DNA of 64,000 bases from Centroscyllium fabricii (taxonomy: Eukaryota), in NCBI GenBank assembly GCA_051313645.2, contig JBNRSN020000001.1:228594001-228658000 (forward strand), in the 5' to 3' direction. Positions 38,963-52,703 of this stretch are shown here, one piece after another (the first letter of the stretch is position 1; each line of letters begins with the position of its first letter). A program made the position numbers and the translations under genes. The notes beneath the pieces were generated by a model. It was not told where the DNA came from and did not search any database. It was given only the letters and a program-made list of their open reading frames with translations.

Positions 38963-39293
38963 GTTAGTATTTCTACTTTTTATGTTTAATTTATTTGAAA
39001 GTCATATCTTCTGTATAATCACTTAATATGGGAACAGATAAGAGCTCAGTTTTATTTAATGTTTTCTCCAAATAGCATTAAGTGTAAATCTTTCCTGTAA
39101 TCTACAACAGGAAATTAGTAATTTGTCATTGTAACACATTTTGCAGCATCTGAAGCAGAAAACTTATGGAAGGAACATTAAATTGGGTAAAAGGGAAATG
39201 TTGGAGACAAAAGGGGTGAATTTTAGCATGGGTTTTCCTGCTTGTCCTCTGTAACTTCAGCAGAGGAGCTACGGGAACCCCTGGAACTCAGTA

Positions 39294-39685
39294 CAGGTAC
39301 ACAATCCTTTATCCGCAACTCCGAAAACCGAAAAGCTCCGAAAATCGAAAGTTTGTTCGGAGAGTCACATGATGCATTTTGGAGCACAAACCTAAATTTA
39401 ATCGGGGCCTCAGGCCTACACCCACCCGCGGGTACAATTACTCCCTGAGCCCGCAATCTCCTACCGCCTCCCGGGAGCATCTCTTCCATTTCAGAGGACG
39501 GCAATGCGCATGTGCAGAGCGCTGTTCCGCATCTGCGCACTGGGCTGCTAACACGGCAATGCGCATGCGCAGAGCGCCGTTCTGCGCACTGGGCCACCAA
39601 CACGGCAATTTTAGACCATCCGAAAAAATCTGAAATCCGAGACCCGCCCGGTCCCAAGGGTTTTGGATAAAGGATTGTGTGCCTG
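39294..39685. mobile_element. Tigger/pogo-like MITE, second family
   Basis: TIR CAGG(T/C)ACACAATCCTTTATCC with TA flanks. Confidence 0.88.
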
Positions 39686-39843
39686 TATAAATATTTTCCT
39701 GAGGAATTTCAACTGAAGTTATGGCAGACAAGTGTGAGAACCTCTGTGGAAATCCATCCCAAAGTATTTAATGGTTAAAAAATGTATGCTATTTGTAAAT
39801 GTTCCATATCCTGCAAAATATTGATTGCTAAAATATGCTATTT

Positions 39844-40099
39844 ATAGAAACATAGAAACATAGAAGATAGGAGCAGGAGTAGGCCATTCGGCCCTTCGAG
39901 CCTGCTCCGCCATTCAACAAGATCATGGCTGATCATCCAAACCCAGCACCCCGCCCCTGCCCTCTCCCCATATCCCTCGATCCCCACCGAGCCTGCACCG
40001 ACACATATCCCACCTTATCCCCGTAACCCCACATATCCAATCGCCCTAACACTAAGGGTCAATTTATCCTGGCCAATCAACCTAACCCGCACATCTTTG
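39844..40099 (-). mobile_element. HE1-type V-SINE, 5'-truncated
   Basis: Matches the 3' half of 34720-35117. Confidence 0.85.
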
Positions 40100-41308
40100 T
40101 AGATGATATCATTCTCTCTCATGACTATTAATACAAAATAAACTCAAAAATGGCTGAAATACTGGATAGTACCTGTATCTGAAAATATTTAGAAATGATG
40201 TGCAAAATGAAAGTTCCAAGAATAGGTGAGTGTGTAAATGCCACTTAGGAGCTGAGAATGACGAGAAATGATAGAGAAATTTAAATGAGATGTAGAGAAA
40301 TTTAAATGAGATGTAGATGGTATTTAGGTGTATGCAACCAAAAGAATGCTATAAAGGTTAGCTCACATGATAATTGGTGACACATTGCTCAAATTAAATG
40401 TTATGTTACTAAAGTGTTATAAACTTTAAAAAATCATAAAGTGGGCTCCATTGTCCTATAAAATAGGAAATGTTTAGTTGTATTACATTTTTATAACACA
40501 AGTATATAACTAGTGACACTTAATCATTATTATCTTATTCTTAGTGACTGAACTTTTTTTGGGGGGGGGGAAAGAGCAAGGCACTAAATTCCCTGGACTT
40601 GAATATCTTTGTTTTGCTTCTCAGAATGTTTTAAACATTTTTTTAAAAAACACCTTAAATTTAACAGCTTGAGCTTTCAGAAGATATCCAAGACTTAATT
40701 TGAATACTTCTATAATAAAGGATATATCCAAAACAAATGTTGGTAACATGCAGGAAACAAAATGTCCAAATTGCACTTGAACATAAACAGCATCTATAAT
40801 TTTCGAGTATCCCGCTGTAAAGCAATTTTCTGCATCACTGGGCCTTCCTGTATATGTACAGACTTTCCTTATAAACTCTGTTGTACCCACTTTTCCTCTT
40901 ACGTGTTATAAAAACTGCTGCTGTCTTCAAAAGACCAACACAGTGGATTCCAGAGCTGCAGTGGACAGTGGGAGACTCCACAGCCCGGGCAAATCACTTG
41001 TAAGTTAAAAAACTATATATTCTGCATATATATTTTACATAAAATAAAATAATGGGAGTGTTGAACTTCACTTTCATGGTTTATCATAGCATCAGAAGCT
41101 ATTGATTGTATTAGAACCTTGTAAAATGCTACCACCAAAAGTGGTTTATGTTTTTTTGGTAAATAAACTGAAAATGCAAACTTTACCAGCTGAAATATTT
41201 TTCCGAATTAATTTTCAACACTATTTATAAAACTGTATGTGGAATTTTCTGAGGAAAAGTTTTGTGGTAGCATCACATGTATGATTGGCCTGTGTTTTGT
41301 TTTAAAAG

Positions 41309-41489
41309 ACTGAGCTGGAAAACATTGAGGCAACCCAAGGCATGTCAACAGAGACAGCGGTAACGTTCTTAAACAGGCTGATGGCCATGGTCGATGTGCT
41401 GGTTTTCTCGAGTTCACTCAATTTCAGTGAGATTGAAGCTGAAAAGAATATGTCATCTGGAGGCTTAATGCGCCAGTGCCTGAGGCTTG
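41309..41489 (+). CDS. NBEA: Neurobeachin coding exon ([18 protein letters not shown]...[10 protein letters not shown])
   Basis: tttaaaag acceptor and G|gtgagt donor; phase 0-1. Confidence 0.96.
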
Positions 41490-41674
41490 GTGAGTCTATA
41501 GATTTGTATTTATGCATGAATGCAACAGCATTTTAATATTTCAATGCTTAAGTTCATTAAAATGATTTAAACAATAATGATGTTAATAAAATGAAGAAAA
41601 CGCCTTGCTGTTATAGCCCTCGGTATAGATTGTGTTACATGCATCCCAAGTTTACAAAACAACCTAAACACTTA

Positions 41675-41752
41675 AAATCTGAAATACAAACAGAAAATGC
41701 TGGAAACACACAGCAGGTCAGGCAGCATCAGTGGAGGAAGAAACAGAGTTAA
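41675..41752 (-). mobile_element. Penelope-like short repeat, partial
   Basis: Homologous to 12046-12176. Confidence 0.6.
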
Positions 41753-41753
41753 T

Positions 41754-43938
41754 GGACTCAATTTTCATGTAGCCGTGGAGACGGGATTGGAGGTGTGCGG
41801 GGGGTTAAAATCACAAAAACTGGCGTGTGGGACACCCCCTGCCTGGTTCCTGACTCCAAGCCATTTTAATTCAGTCATGTCTGATGGTCCCGACTCCGTC
41901 CCGCATCCAACAGGCGGGACTGGTCGTTAAGGCCCTTAACAAGCGCTAAATGGCCTCAATAATCCTATTTTGAAAAGCCCTTGCGAATTTAACCCTTTTT
42001 CCACGTGAAACACGCCTGGTGGGAAACACGTACGTGAAACCTGGCGGGAGCACTATTGGATTGCTGGCTATCAACTGCAGGTCAACCATTAAAGAGGAGT
42101 TTTGATCAGCCATGATTTGCAGGTGGCAGGACTTAGTGGTCTCGGGTCTGGGGCAACTTTTAGAAGGCTTAACCACAGCTGTGGAAGGCTGGAGCCTGAC
42201 ACCCATCTCCAGTGTGACCTCCTGGGAAACGCCTCTCGCCACCTTCACTCAGCGCTTCCTCAACTGAGAAACCTACCAGAAGCATGGGAGCCATTTATTT
42301 CCTTCCCATCTGGGCATTAGAGAAGCTCGAACACCAGCCGCGGCTCCATCAGAACCAGGAACAACAGCAGCACCACCAACAGCAGCAGGAGTGCCAGGCT
42401 GCTGCTCACCCACCTGAAGCTGCACAGGCCAGAAGGGGTCAGCACCTGGAAGTCCGTCAGTGCAGGAGATACCCCCCAAACAGGGTCTACAGATGCAGGG
42501 TCAGCTACCTCAACATGTCTGAGCAGCAGTGCCAGAGGCGGCTCCAACTTTCGCGAGAGGACGTGACTGACATCTGCGCAATGCTACAGCAAGACCTGCT
42601 GCCCAGAGGACCAGGTGGACAAACATTACCAGTGGCCATCAAAGTTACGACTGCACTCAAATTTTTTGCCTCAGGCTCATTCCATGGATCAGTAGCAGAC
42701 ATCAACGGCATCTCCCAGGCGGCCGCACACACTTGCATCATGCAGGTAACCGATGCGCTCTTTGCCCTTGCGCACAATCACATCCATTTCACCAAGGATC
42801 GAGCAAGTGTCACGGCGCGAGCAGTTGGATTAGCTAATCTGACAGACTTTCCAAGGGTGCAGGGCGAAGGTGACTGCACACATGTGGCCCTTCAGGCACC
42901 CCATCGCAATCCAGGTATTTTTGTCACCCGCAAGGGCCACCACTCCCTCAACGTTCAGCTGGTGTGTGACCACAAGAAGGAAATTTTGCATGTTTGTGCC
43001 ATGTACCCTGGCAGTTGTCATGACTCCTTCATACTGTGCCAGTCTACTGTGCCTCCGCTATTCAGTCTGCCAGACCAACTTAACGGATAGCTGCTTGGAG
43101 ACAAGGGCTATCCCCTGAGGACGTGGCTAATGACACCGTTGAGGAAGCCAGCCAACGAAGATGAGGAGCGCTACAACTCCAGCCACATTTCCACTTGATC
43201 CATTATCGAGCAAACCATCGGTTTGCTGAAGATGCGCTTCAGATGCCTGGATAAATCAGGTGGGGCCCTACAGTACTCAGCAGCCAGGGTCTCCAGAATC
43301 GTCATGGTTTGCTGTGCACTTCACAACATGGCACAGCGTCGTTGCTTGCAGATTCCTGAGGACCAAGTGGCTCCTCACATAAACTCCTCAGATGAGGAGG
43401 AGTGCGAAAACGAACATCCTGCAGAGACCTATCAACCAGCGGCAGCATTACACGAGAACATTGCTGGCCGGGATGCAAGGAATGCACTCATGCTGGCCAG
43501 ATTTGCTTAGTCGAGCCAATCAAACACTTTTGCCTCGCAGCTTCTTACCAGAGCATTGACAGTGGCCAAGAACCAGAGGATTCCTAGCACTTTGACCACC
43601 ATACTGACAGTTGCAAGTATTCCAAAAGCCTCAATGTGGAAGTCCCAATAGCGACTGCAACATTTGCCATCAGAATTTTTATGTACAATAACGACGAGTT
43701 AGCATTTTTATAGTAAACACAAAATAGCACCCAAGTGACTACACTTGTGACTATTTGTTCAGAAGTTTCCTCTTACCCGTGCTCCTACGTGGTGCCTCCC
43801 CTGTGGCTTCAGCAGATGTGGAGGCCCCTTGCTCACATTCCTATCTCAACACCTTTGGTGGGCATCTTCTGGGGTTGTGAGCCTGTGAGGGCTCGGTAAC
43901 CGTCTTCTGCTCCTGCGGCTGTGCAGGGGTTGAGACAT
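41754..43938 (+). mobile_element. PIF/Harbinger transposon relic (right part lost)
   Basis: GGACTCAATTTTC left end, a transposase pseudogene, and a probable convergent second-ORF C-terminus (GEAPRRSTGKRKLLNK*) near 43750-43810. Confidence 0.75.
42284..43510 (+). pseudogene. Harbinger (HARBI1-like DDE) transposase with two stops
   Basis: [55 protein letters not shown]; stops at 43088 and 43196. Confidence 0.9.
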
Positions 43939-44369
43939 CTATCTCACTTGGCCCGGCTCAGTGAGGCGAGGCGAGGTCTGGCTCGGGAAGGCTCGGTAAG
44001 GCGAGGCCTGGCTCAGGAAGGCGAGGCCCGGCTCGGGAAGGCGAGGCCCAGCTCGGTAAGGCGAAGCCCGGCTCAGTAAGGCGAGGCAAGGTGAGGCCCG
44101 GCTCAGGAAGTCCCGGCTCGGTAAGGCGAGGCTCGGGAAGGCCCGGCCCAGGATCGTTCGGCAGCGCATGCGCAGATCATTAAAAACTTCGGCGGGCATT
44201 GTGAATGATCTGTGCATGCGCTCGCCGTTCGGCAGTGCATGCGCAGATCATTCACTGAACCATCAATCGCGGTGGCCATTTTGCGCATGCGCAGGGCAGC
44301 CGGGGCAATTTGTTCTGGAAGACTGAATTTGCCGGCTTATCGCATAATGGATTAACGGTGCACAACCTA
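43939..44369 (-). mobile_element. Partial Tigger/pogo-like MITE (family of 10404/12423) with GC-rich minisatellite
   Basis: One TIR end (CGGTGCACAACCTA); ~20-bp GGCTCGGTAAGGCGAGGCCC-like tandem units at 43950-44148. Confidence 0.75.
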
Positions 44370-45920
44370 TACTTTATGCAAATAATCTGTTTTTAGCACT
44401 AATTTATTGCTTTGCTTTGTTATTTACATTGTTAATTGAATTTACTGGATAGTTCAATTCTTTTAAGCACAAAAAGTTATTGAGTTATCAGGGGTAGACT
44501 ATATAGTGGATTTTCTTCCTTGTTGCGCCTGGGAAATGCTTAATTTCCAGCTGCAGCAGAGGAAAAAGGGGCAGACACATGCTTTGTCAGGCCTCTGCCA
44601 CACTGTGCTTCCCTGGGATTTCCTGGGGATCCTAAAATTACATTACTAGGCCTGTCCCTGTACCTGGAGCAGTGTTACAATGTTAATGAGACGGGAAGGG
44701 AGCACTTTCAGTGTCTTGCCTTATTTTCCTACCTAGCTGACCATTGGGCACTCCAAAAAAAAATGTGGAGAATGATTCCAATGTACTTTTCTCCCTACCT
44801 CATAATGATCTTCAAAACTTCTGGCTGCTGTGGCAGATGTATACCTGGGCTATGCAAATGATTCAGACCAGAAAACCTGAGTATGCTCTCCTCTTATAGG
44901 TGTAGTGCCTGTCAGTCACCCAATGAGGGAAACCTATCCTCATTTGTTTCTGATTTTAACTTTGAAATATTTATACTGTCAAAAGTCATTTAATTGTATG
45001 TATGCTACATGAGTAATCACAATAGAAAATGTAGCTCCCAGCATGTCATGAGTTTGTATTTTTAATATATTTTGGAGTGTTTTTAAGCTGTGAAATGATT
45101 AAAACTGGCTGTCAAAGGTGCTGCTAAGTTTTTGGGATCAGAACTTTTTTTTCCCATTTTTCAGTCACTTCTGAAATTCAGAGTCCAAAGGGCCAAAAGA
45201 TAATTGGCTTTGGAATACTTTGAAATGGGCAGAGACATATAAGATTGTCATAAGTGTCATGAAAAGAAGATTTTAAAACCTCTACTTCACTGGTATGGTC
45301 TTTAGCTCTTGGTAGAGGAGAATTAGGAGAGTTTCTGCAGTTTGCTAAGTTATCTCAGAATATGGAAGTACAGGACCAGAAAGACTCCATCTGGCAAATT
45401 ACAAAAACTAATAACTTTCCAATTGGCCAAGTCCTGAAATATTTATCCAGTTGCTATTCCACACATTTGTCACCTTTTGCAAATTGTAGTAAAATCTAAA
45501 CTCTGCACCCCCCCACCTTTTTATGTGCTTGAACCCGTGTCCCCTGGTTCCAGAGTTTATGATCAGATTTACTGTTTTGAGACATTTGAAATCAAAATTA
45601 TAGTATGGTTAAAAATGTTCCCAAGTTCTAGCAAATATTCAGGTTTTTCTTAGCCTGTATTTTATTGTAGCTACAGGGCTAAAATAAGTAGTAACATAAT
45701 TGATTCCTGGCTGTAATATTTTAAAAATTTTGAGAGTGCAAGAAAGAGCATCTGCACTTTCGATAGATTTCTGATGGCTCTGAACTTTATAAAGGCTTTG
45801 CATGCGCTGGAATTGTACTGAATCTGGTGTCAGACCCAAGCATTCTCAGCACTGCGAGGATCCTTCAGGAGGTCATACACTGCTGCATCTGGAGTCCAAT
45901 TGGAATCTGATTCTGGGATT

Positions 45921-46727
45921 AGTCATAGTCATAGAGTCATAACGGCCCAGAAGGAGGCCATTTTGCCCATCGAGTCCGTGCTGGCTCTCTGTAGAGCAAT
46001 CCAGTCAGTCCCATTCCCCCACTCTATTCCTGTAGCCCTGCAAGTTTATTTCCCTCAAGTGCTTATCCAGTCTCCCCATGAAAACATTGAGTGTCTCCGC
46101 TTCCACCACTTCCGCCGGCAGCGAGTTCCAGGTCCTCACCACTCGCTGTGTAAAAAAGTTTTTCCTCACATCCCCCTATATCTGTTGCCCAAAACTATAA
46201 ATCTTTGTCCCCTAGTCCTTGTACCATCAACTAGTGGGAACAGCCTTTCCCCATGTAGCCTATCTAAACCCATCATAGTCTTGTACACCTCTATCAAATC
46301 ACCCCTCAACCTTCTTTGCTCTAGTGAAAACAAATCCAGCTTCTCCAACCTATCCTTGTAGCTAAGATTCCCCATCCCTAGAACCATTGTGGTAAATCTT
46401 CTCTGCACCCTCTCAAGTGCTTTCACATCCTTCCTGAACAACTGGACGCAATACTCCAGTTGTGGCCTAACTAGCGCTTTATAAAGGTTCAGCATAATAT
46501 TTCTACTTTTGTACTCAATATTTATGAAACCCAGGATCCCATATGCTTTGCTAACCACTCTCTCAATATGTCCCGCCACCTTCAAGGACCTATGCGCATT
46601 AACTCCCAGGTCCCTCTGTCCCTGCACACTTTTTAAAACTGTGCCATTAAGTGTATATTGCCTCTCCCTGTTCCTTCTGCCAAAATGCAACACCTCCCAC
46701 TACTCTGTATTAAATTCCATCTGCCAC
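45921..46727 (-). mobile_element. CR1 3' fragment
   Basis: ORF 46166..46693 with LVRPQLEYC; TCATAG tail. Confidence 0.88.
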
Positions 46728-47643
46728 TATTCTGGACAGTTTTATCCAGAATGCAGTCACACCCCAAAGGAAAGCACAGGTTCAGGAAGGGGAGGGTGTG
46801 ATTGCTAGGGAGCTGGGTGGCCAGGATTTAGGAGAGGTTGAGAAGGCACTGGTCCTGTCGAACAGGTATGAAGTATTCACAACTTGTGAGGACACGGAGT
46901 AAGACTGCAGGGAAGACAGCCACAATGCAGACCAAGGCACTGTGGCTCAGAAGGCTGTCCAAGGGAGGGAAGAGCAGAATACAAATGTGGTAGTAATAGG
47001 TGATTCTATAATTAGGGGGATAGATAACATCCTCTGCAGCCAAGAACAAGAACCCCAAAGGGTGTGTTGCCTACCTGGTGTCAGGGTAAGGGATATCTCA
47101 TGGCGGCTGGAGAGGAACTTGGAAAGGGAGGGTGGAAATCCAGTTGTTGTGGTCCATGTTGGAACAAACGGCAAATGTGGGAGGAGGTCCTGCTTTAAAA
47201 GTATCAGGAGCTAGGCTCTAAATTAAAAAGCAGGACCTCGAGGGTAATAATCTCTGGATTATTGCCCAAGCCATGTGCAAATTGGCATAGAAGCCAACAG
47301 GTCAGGAGAATTAACACGTGGCCCAAGGGCTGGTGTGGGAAAGAGGGGTTCCTTTTCATGGGACACTGCCAGCAGTTCTGGGACAGGAAGGAGCTGTACC
47401 AATGGAACAGACTCCACCTGAACCGGGATGAGACCCGTGTCCTAGCGGAAAGGGTAAATAGGGAGGTGCAAAGGCTTTAAGCTAGTAAAATGGGGGGGAG
47501 GGACCTACAAGAAACGTAATCCGCCTAATATAAACAAAACAGGAAAAGAGAGCATAGGAAAGAATAAAGTAAGGTAGGACATTGATGGCAAGGCAATAAA
47601 TAGAGTTATGGAACAAGTGTCTAAAAAGATGGTTAAACATAAA

Positions 47644-48341
47644 AGGGTCAATTTTCCTCGGGCCATGAGTTGGGTTTTCCGGTGGGGCGCAAAACCGGGG
47701 GTCCCGACGCCCCCCCCCCCCCGCCGTTTCCCCACCAAATTCCGGCGGCCGTGTCTGTCCACCGCGAATCTTTCCTGCCCGCGACCGGTGGGAATGGTCA
47801 TTAGGCTCCTTAAGCACCCTTAATTGGCATGTATAATGCCATTTTAAGGGGCCCTTGCGATTTTCAGGCGTTCCCCACCCATAACCCGCCAGCTTGAGAC
47901 CCCACTGATGAAACCTGGCATGGACACAATCGGCTTGCTGACAAACAGCTGCAAATCAAAGGATGACATGCAATCAGCTGTACCAGAAGTCGGCCCTGGG
48001 CAGCAGCCTGCAGGAGGGCTCTCTGTATCCCCAGGGTGTACAATATCAGTGAGAATGTAGCTTCTCAGATACTCACCTTGAAGCTCTTTTTCATGTTTGT
48101 GAGAGAGCTCTGCAGCACCTCTCATTGAAACGGGGCCCTAGTCTTTAAGCTGGCGGCACCATCCCAGTCCCACCGACTTTCAGACTTGAAATAGTCAATT
48201 GGCAGGGTTCCCGCACGTAGGGAATCAATTGGCCAATTGAGCCAAAATTGCTTGGGGCTCCCAGGCCCTTTAGTATTCGTGTGGGAAACCTGACCCACCG
48301 GAAACCCACCAATTCCCCACACCCGAGGGAAAGTTTACCCC
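47644..48341. mobile_element. Harbinger-type MITE
   Basis: Imperfect TIR AGGGTCAATTTTCCTCGGG / CCCGAGGGAAAGTTTACCCC with AAA on both sides. Confidence 0.65.
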
Positions 48342-48807
48342 AAAGTGAGAGAAAATCCTATTAAAAATGAGTTAAACTGTCTGTACAGCAATGCACACAG
48401 TGTCTGTAATAAAACAGGGGAGCTGGAGGCAGTGATCCATTGCGAGGAACCAAATATAGTAGGACTTACTGAGACATGGCTGCAGAAAAATCAGGACTGG
48501 GAATTAAACATTCCAGGGTATGACATATTTAGAAAAGATAGAGAGGGGAAAAAGGGGAGGTGGAGTATGTAGTGATATATAAAAAACATGTCATTCTAGA
48601 ATTGTCCACTAGATAGAGTTGCATGTAAAATAGTGTACTGCATCAATAGAGTGCTTCTCTTGTTTAAGGCACTGGACTTGTTGTTAAACATGGATGCCAG
48701 TCTACAACAATGTGAATTGTGAGTTCTGTATCATCTGTAAATAAATTGACTAGTTTGAAAGTAGCTGTTCATAATCTATATGTCTAAACATTAGTATGAA
48801 CATGATA

Positions 48808-48818
48808 TGGTACCAGGA
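48808..48818 (+). promoter_or_regulatory. Primer binding site, probably tRNA-Leu
   Basis: TGGTACCAGGA directly after the 5' LTR. Confidence 0.7.
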
Positions 48819-49306
48819 AGTGGATCAGAAGTATATTTTCTGAATATTTAAATAAAGTAGTAAGATCTGCTAAAAGATTGTGAAACGCGACATGGAATCT
48901 CTGAAGCCACCGGCGAGTTTAAAGCTCACAGGGAATGTCGTCTGCAATTGGCAGACTTTCAAACAACAATTCCAATTATACATTGCAGCCACAGGATTAG
49001 ATACAAAGCCAGACGCACAAAAATAGCATTGCTGCTGACGATTGCATGCCTGCAGGCAATAGAGCTATTTAATACGTTTATATTTACTCAAGAGGAGGAC
49101 AAAGGCAAAATAGATGAGCTGTAGAAAGTTGATGCACATTGTTCTCCCAAAAAAGAACGAGCCCTATGAGAGGTATGTGTTCCGTTCAAGGACTCAGAAG
49201 CAAAATGAGACTTTTGATAGCTTTGTGACCGATCTGAAACTGAAAGCGCAGACTTGTAATTTCTCTGAGTTGAAATCACCAATGATTTGTGACCAGATTG
49301 TGTTTG

Positions 49307-49703
49307 AAACATAGAAACATAGAAGATAGGAGCAGGAGTAGGCCATTCGGCCCTTCGAGCCTGCCCCGCCATTCAATGCGATCATGGCTGATCATCAAAA
49401 CCCAGCACCCCGCCCCTGCCTTCTCCCCATATCCCTCGATCCCTATCGAGCCTGCACCGACACATATCCCACCCTATCCCCGTAACCCCACATATTCAAT
49501 CCCCGTAACACTAAGGGTCAATTTATCATGGCCAATCAACCTAACCCGCACATCTTTGGACTGTGGGAGGAAACCGGAGCACCCGGAGGAAACCCACGCA
49601 GACACGGGGAGAATGTGCAAACTCCACACAGATCGTACCCGAGGCTGGATTTGAACCCGGGTCTCCAGAGCTGTGAGGCAACAGTGCTAACCACTATGCC
49701 ACC
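49307..49703 (-). mobile_element. HE1-type V-SINE inserted in Gypsy gag
   Basis: Matches 34720-35117; TTTG on both sides; gag resumes (CDQIVF|GIGD). Confidence 0.9.
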
Positions 49704-51198
49704 TTTGGTATTGGAGATACAAAGGTCAGGGACGTCTGTTGCGAGAAACTGAACTAACATTGGAAAATGCAGTGAAAAAATGCCATGCCAGTGAGCTAGC
49801 TCAACAACACACAATTACATTCAGTGAAATAAATAATGGTTCAACATTAGTGAGTGACCGTGATATTGATGCTGTATCCTACAAGGAGAAGAAAAAGATA
49901 CAGAACAGGAATGCAAAGCAAACAGAAGATGGAATTTTTAATTGTAAAAGATGTGGTTATAAGCACAAGCCTAGGAAATGCGCAGCATTTGGAAAAAAGT
50001 GCACAAAATGTAATGGAAAGAATCACTTTGCCAAACAATGCTTTTCAAAAGTAAAAACAAAGAAAGGGCAACAAGTCAACATAATTGAGGACACTGATTT
50101 AAGTGAGACATTTTTTGTAGGAATGGTGTCATGTGACAATACAGAAAAGAATACAGAAAGTGTGCAGCCCTCAGAAATGGACAATGCTGAACATAAAATA
50201 AATGCAGTAAAAGAGACAAATGGATGATCCCACTGCAGGTAAATGGAGCATTAGTTACATTGAAACTAGATACTGGGGCAAAAGCAAACTTAATCAGTAT
50301 GAGTGACATAAAAAATATGAAGGAAAAGCCCAAAATACTGAAAAAGTCAGTACTACTGAAGAATTATAATGGACAGAAAATAGATAGTATAGGTGTATGC
50401 AGACTTAAAGTGACAGTCAAAGACACAGTGCATCATCTCATGTTTTCTGTTGTGGCTGAAGGACTTGATTCACTACTAGGTGACAAAGCTTGTGAGGACT
50501 TGGAACTGGTCAAGAGAGTCTACCGTATAAACTGTGCCATAAGCAGACCAGATCACTCAGTGGATTCTGTAGTGAGTAATTTCCAGGAAGTGTTCAAAGG
50601 ATTTGGAGTTCTACCATTTACATACAAGATCCAGCTAAAGGAGGATGCTCAACCAGTGGTACATGCTCCACGGATTTTGGCAACTAAATCTAGATGGAGA
50701 GCACCAAATACTGTACCTTCAACAACCATTTGGCAGGTATTGTTTCCTAAAGGCCCTGTCACACCTAGACGTTTTAGCCAGCCTATGCAAATGAGTCTAA
50801 AACGCTAAACTTTTGACACTTTGTTCAATTTTTGCGGTTTAGTAGCGTATTCATAACGTATGCCCAACGATAGTCTAACGTATGCATAGCGCGCGGCAGC
50901 GTATCGCCAAAGATCACGTGGTGCAGACTTTTCAAAGGCTGCCATTGGACGATTCAAATCATACCACTACAGATTTAATAAAAGTTGAGCAAACTGTTGA
51001 TGTTTGCTGATTTTATTGCTTTAATATTTAAATCATTACAACAATAATTAACAATAATAAATTCAATCACTTTGAAAAAGGTATAATAATATAATGTACA
51101 TGTATATTGAAAAGCGGATAATTGAAAAAAAGGCTTTAAGATGTTCATTTCAGGAGGAAAGTCTCTTTATTGCCTGAACAATGCTGTAATACAAAAAA

Positions 51199-51415
51199 CT
51201 AAATCATCCTATCTTGCCACGGAACTGCGCCAGCTGTGGAGTTAACCCGGTGCTTGAGGAGATTCCTCTGTTTCCTTCCTTCCTTGGAGGCAGTGTTGGG
51301 GCCAGTAGCTGTCTGTGTATCCTCCAACTGATGTCCCTTTCGCCATGCTCCTGGAACAAGGTCGCGGTTCTCATTTTCTGCCTGGTCAAGCTGCTGGTTC
51401 TGTAGTCCTGGGTAC
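51199..51415 (-). CDS. Harbinger DDE transposase exon 2
   Basis: ttccag acceptor; in-frame YPGLQNQQLD...VPGAWR...GAVPWQDRMI*. Confidence 0.82.
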
Positions 51416-51612
51416 CTGGAATTTGAATTTGATTTTATTTACTTATAAAGCGCACCTATAATGAAAACATATATTCTAATGCGCTGTACATTAAAAAGTA
51501 ATATAATGATACATGTAAAATTTAAATTAAATCATATAATGTTTATAAGCATAGGCTAAAAGTTAAATTTCATTGTATACTGTATAATATATGCTATGTA
51601 AACATTAATTAC

Positions 51613-52703
51613 CTGGTCCTCATGAGGTTGTGCAGGATCAAGCATGCTTTGACAATGAGCTTGACAGTGGAGGGGTGATGCTGCATGGTACTTAGCAGAA
51701 CCTGGAATCTGTTAGCCAGGATGCCGAATGCATTTTCTACTACCCTTCTTGCTCGGCTAAGCCTGTAGTTGAAGATGCGTTCTTCATTCGTCATTCCACG
51801 GAGGCTGAATGGTTTCATCATGGTTGGTCGTAAGGCGAAGGCATCGTCACCGATGAAGAAGTAAGGCACGTCCTGGTTGTCGTAGGGAAGAGGCTCAGGG
51901 TCAGTGAAACCAAGGGTACCGTCTTCAGCGCATTGCTTTAGCTCAGAGCCATTGTATATCTGCGCATCTGATGCAGATCCAGTACCGCCGACATCTGCCC
52001 AAATAAATTTGTAGTCTGCATCTACAAGCGCCATCAGAACAATGGAGTAGAATCCTTTGTAATTGTAGTACTGTGACCCAGTCTTTGGAGGACAGCGGCA
52101 GGCCACGTGCTTCCCGTCAAGTGCCCCACATGTATGGGGAAAGTTCCATCTTTGGAAGAACTTGTCAGCTATGGCGCGCCAACCATCAGGAGTAGTTGGG
52201 CAAACCATCACCTCATCCACGTATTCGTCAATAATGGCTTGACAGACTTCTCTGACCACTATGGACTGGGTGTTGTGAGGGACCCTCCATGCGAACTTCA
52301 TCGAGGCATACTTGTTTCCAGAGGCAAGGTGACGCAAAGTCAGTGCCAGCTTCATGCCAGGCTCAAGCGGATCCCTGTAGAAGGTGTACTGCTTGGTTAT
52401 CCTTGGACCCACTCTGGCTAGCAGCTCGTCGAACATCGCTGGGGGCATACGCAGGAAGTTGGTGAAGGATGCATGGTCCTCGTTACGGAGTTCCACCATG
52501 AGCTGGTCATACATGCCAAACTGCCGTCGCCTCCCGATCCATGGTCTCACCCAGTTCCTTCTCCTCCGTTCAGCTAATCTTCTCTTGGCTCTTTTGGCAC
52601 GCCTCTGGTACAGTGCAAAATCGAAGAGTGCTTGTTGATGTTGGAGGACAGCTAGTAGTAATTCTCGTCTTGCCGGATCCTCCATCTCTTGGATAATGGA
52701 CAT
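51613..52703 (-). CDS. Harbinger DDE transposase exon 1
   Basis: ALDGKHV, GSASDA, IGDDAF, FNYRLSRARRVVENAFG, LHN; AG|gtaatt donor; start is ATG 52703 or 52685. Confidence 0.88.

Noticed and set aside
40272-40316. 21-bp tandem duplication
   Set aside because: Ordinary slippage duplication with no other signal.
42284-43510. Host HARBI1 gene
   Set aside because: Two in-frame stops and a transposon context indicate a TE relic.
43950-44148. CRISPR-like array
   Set aside because: Degenerate tandem minisatellite with no unique spacers, inside a MITE in vertebrate DNA.
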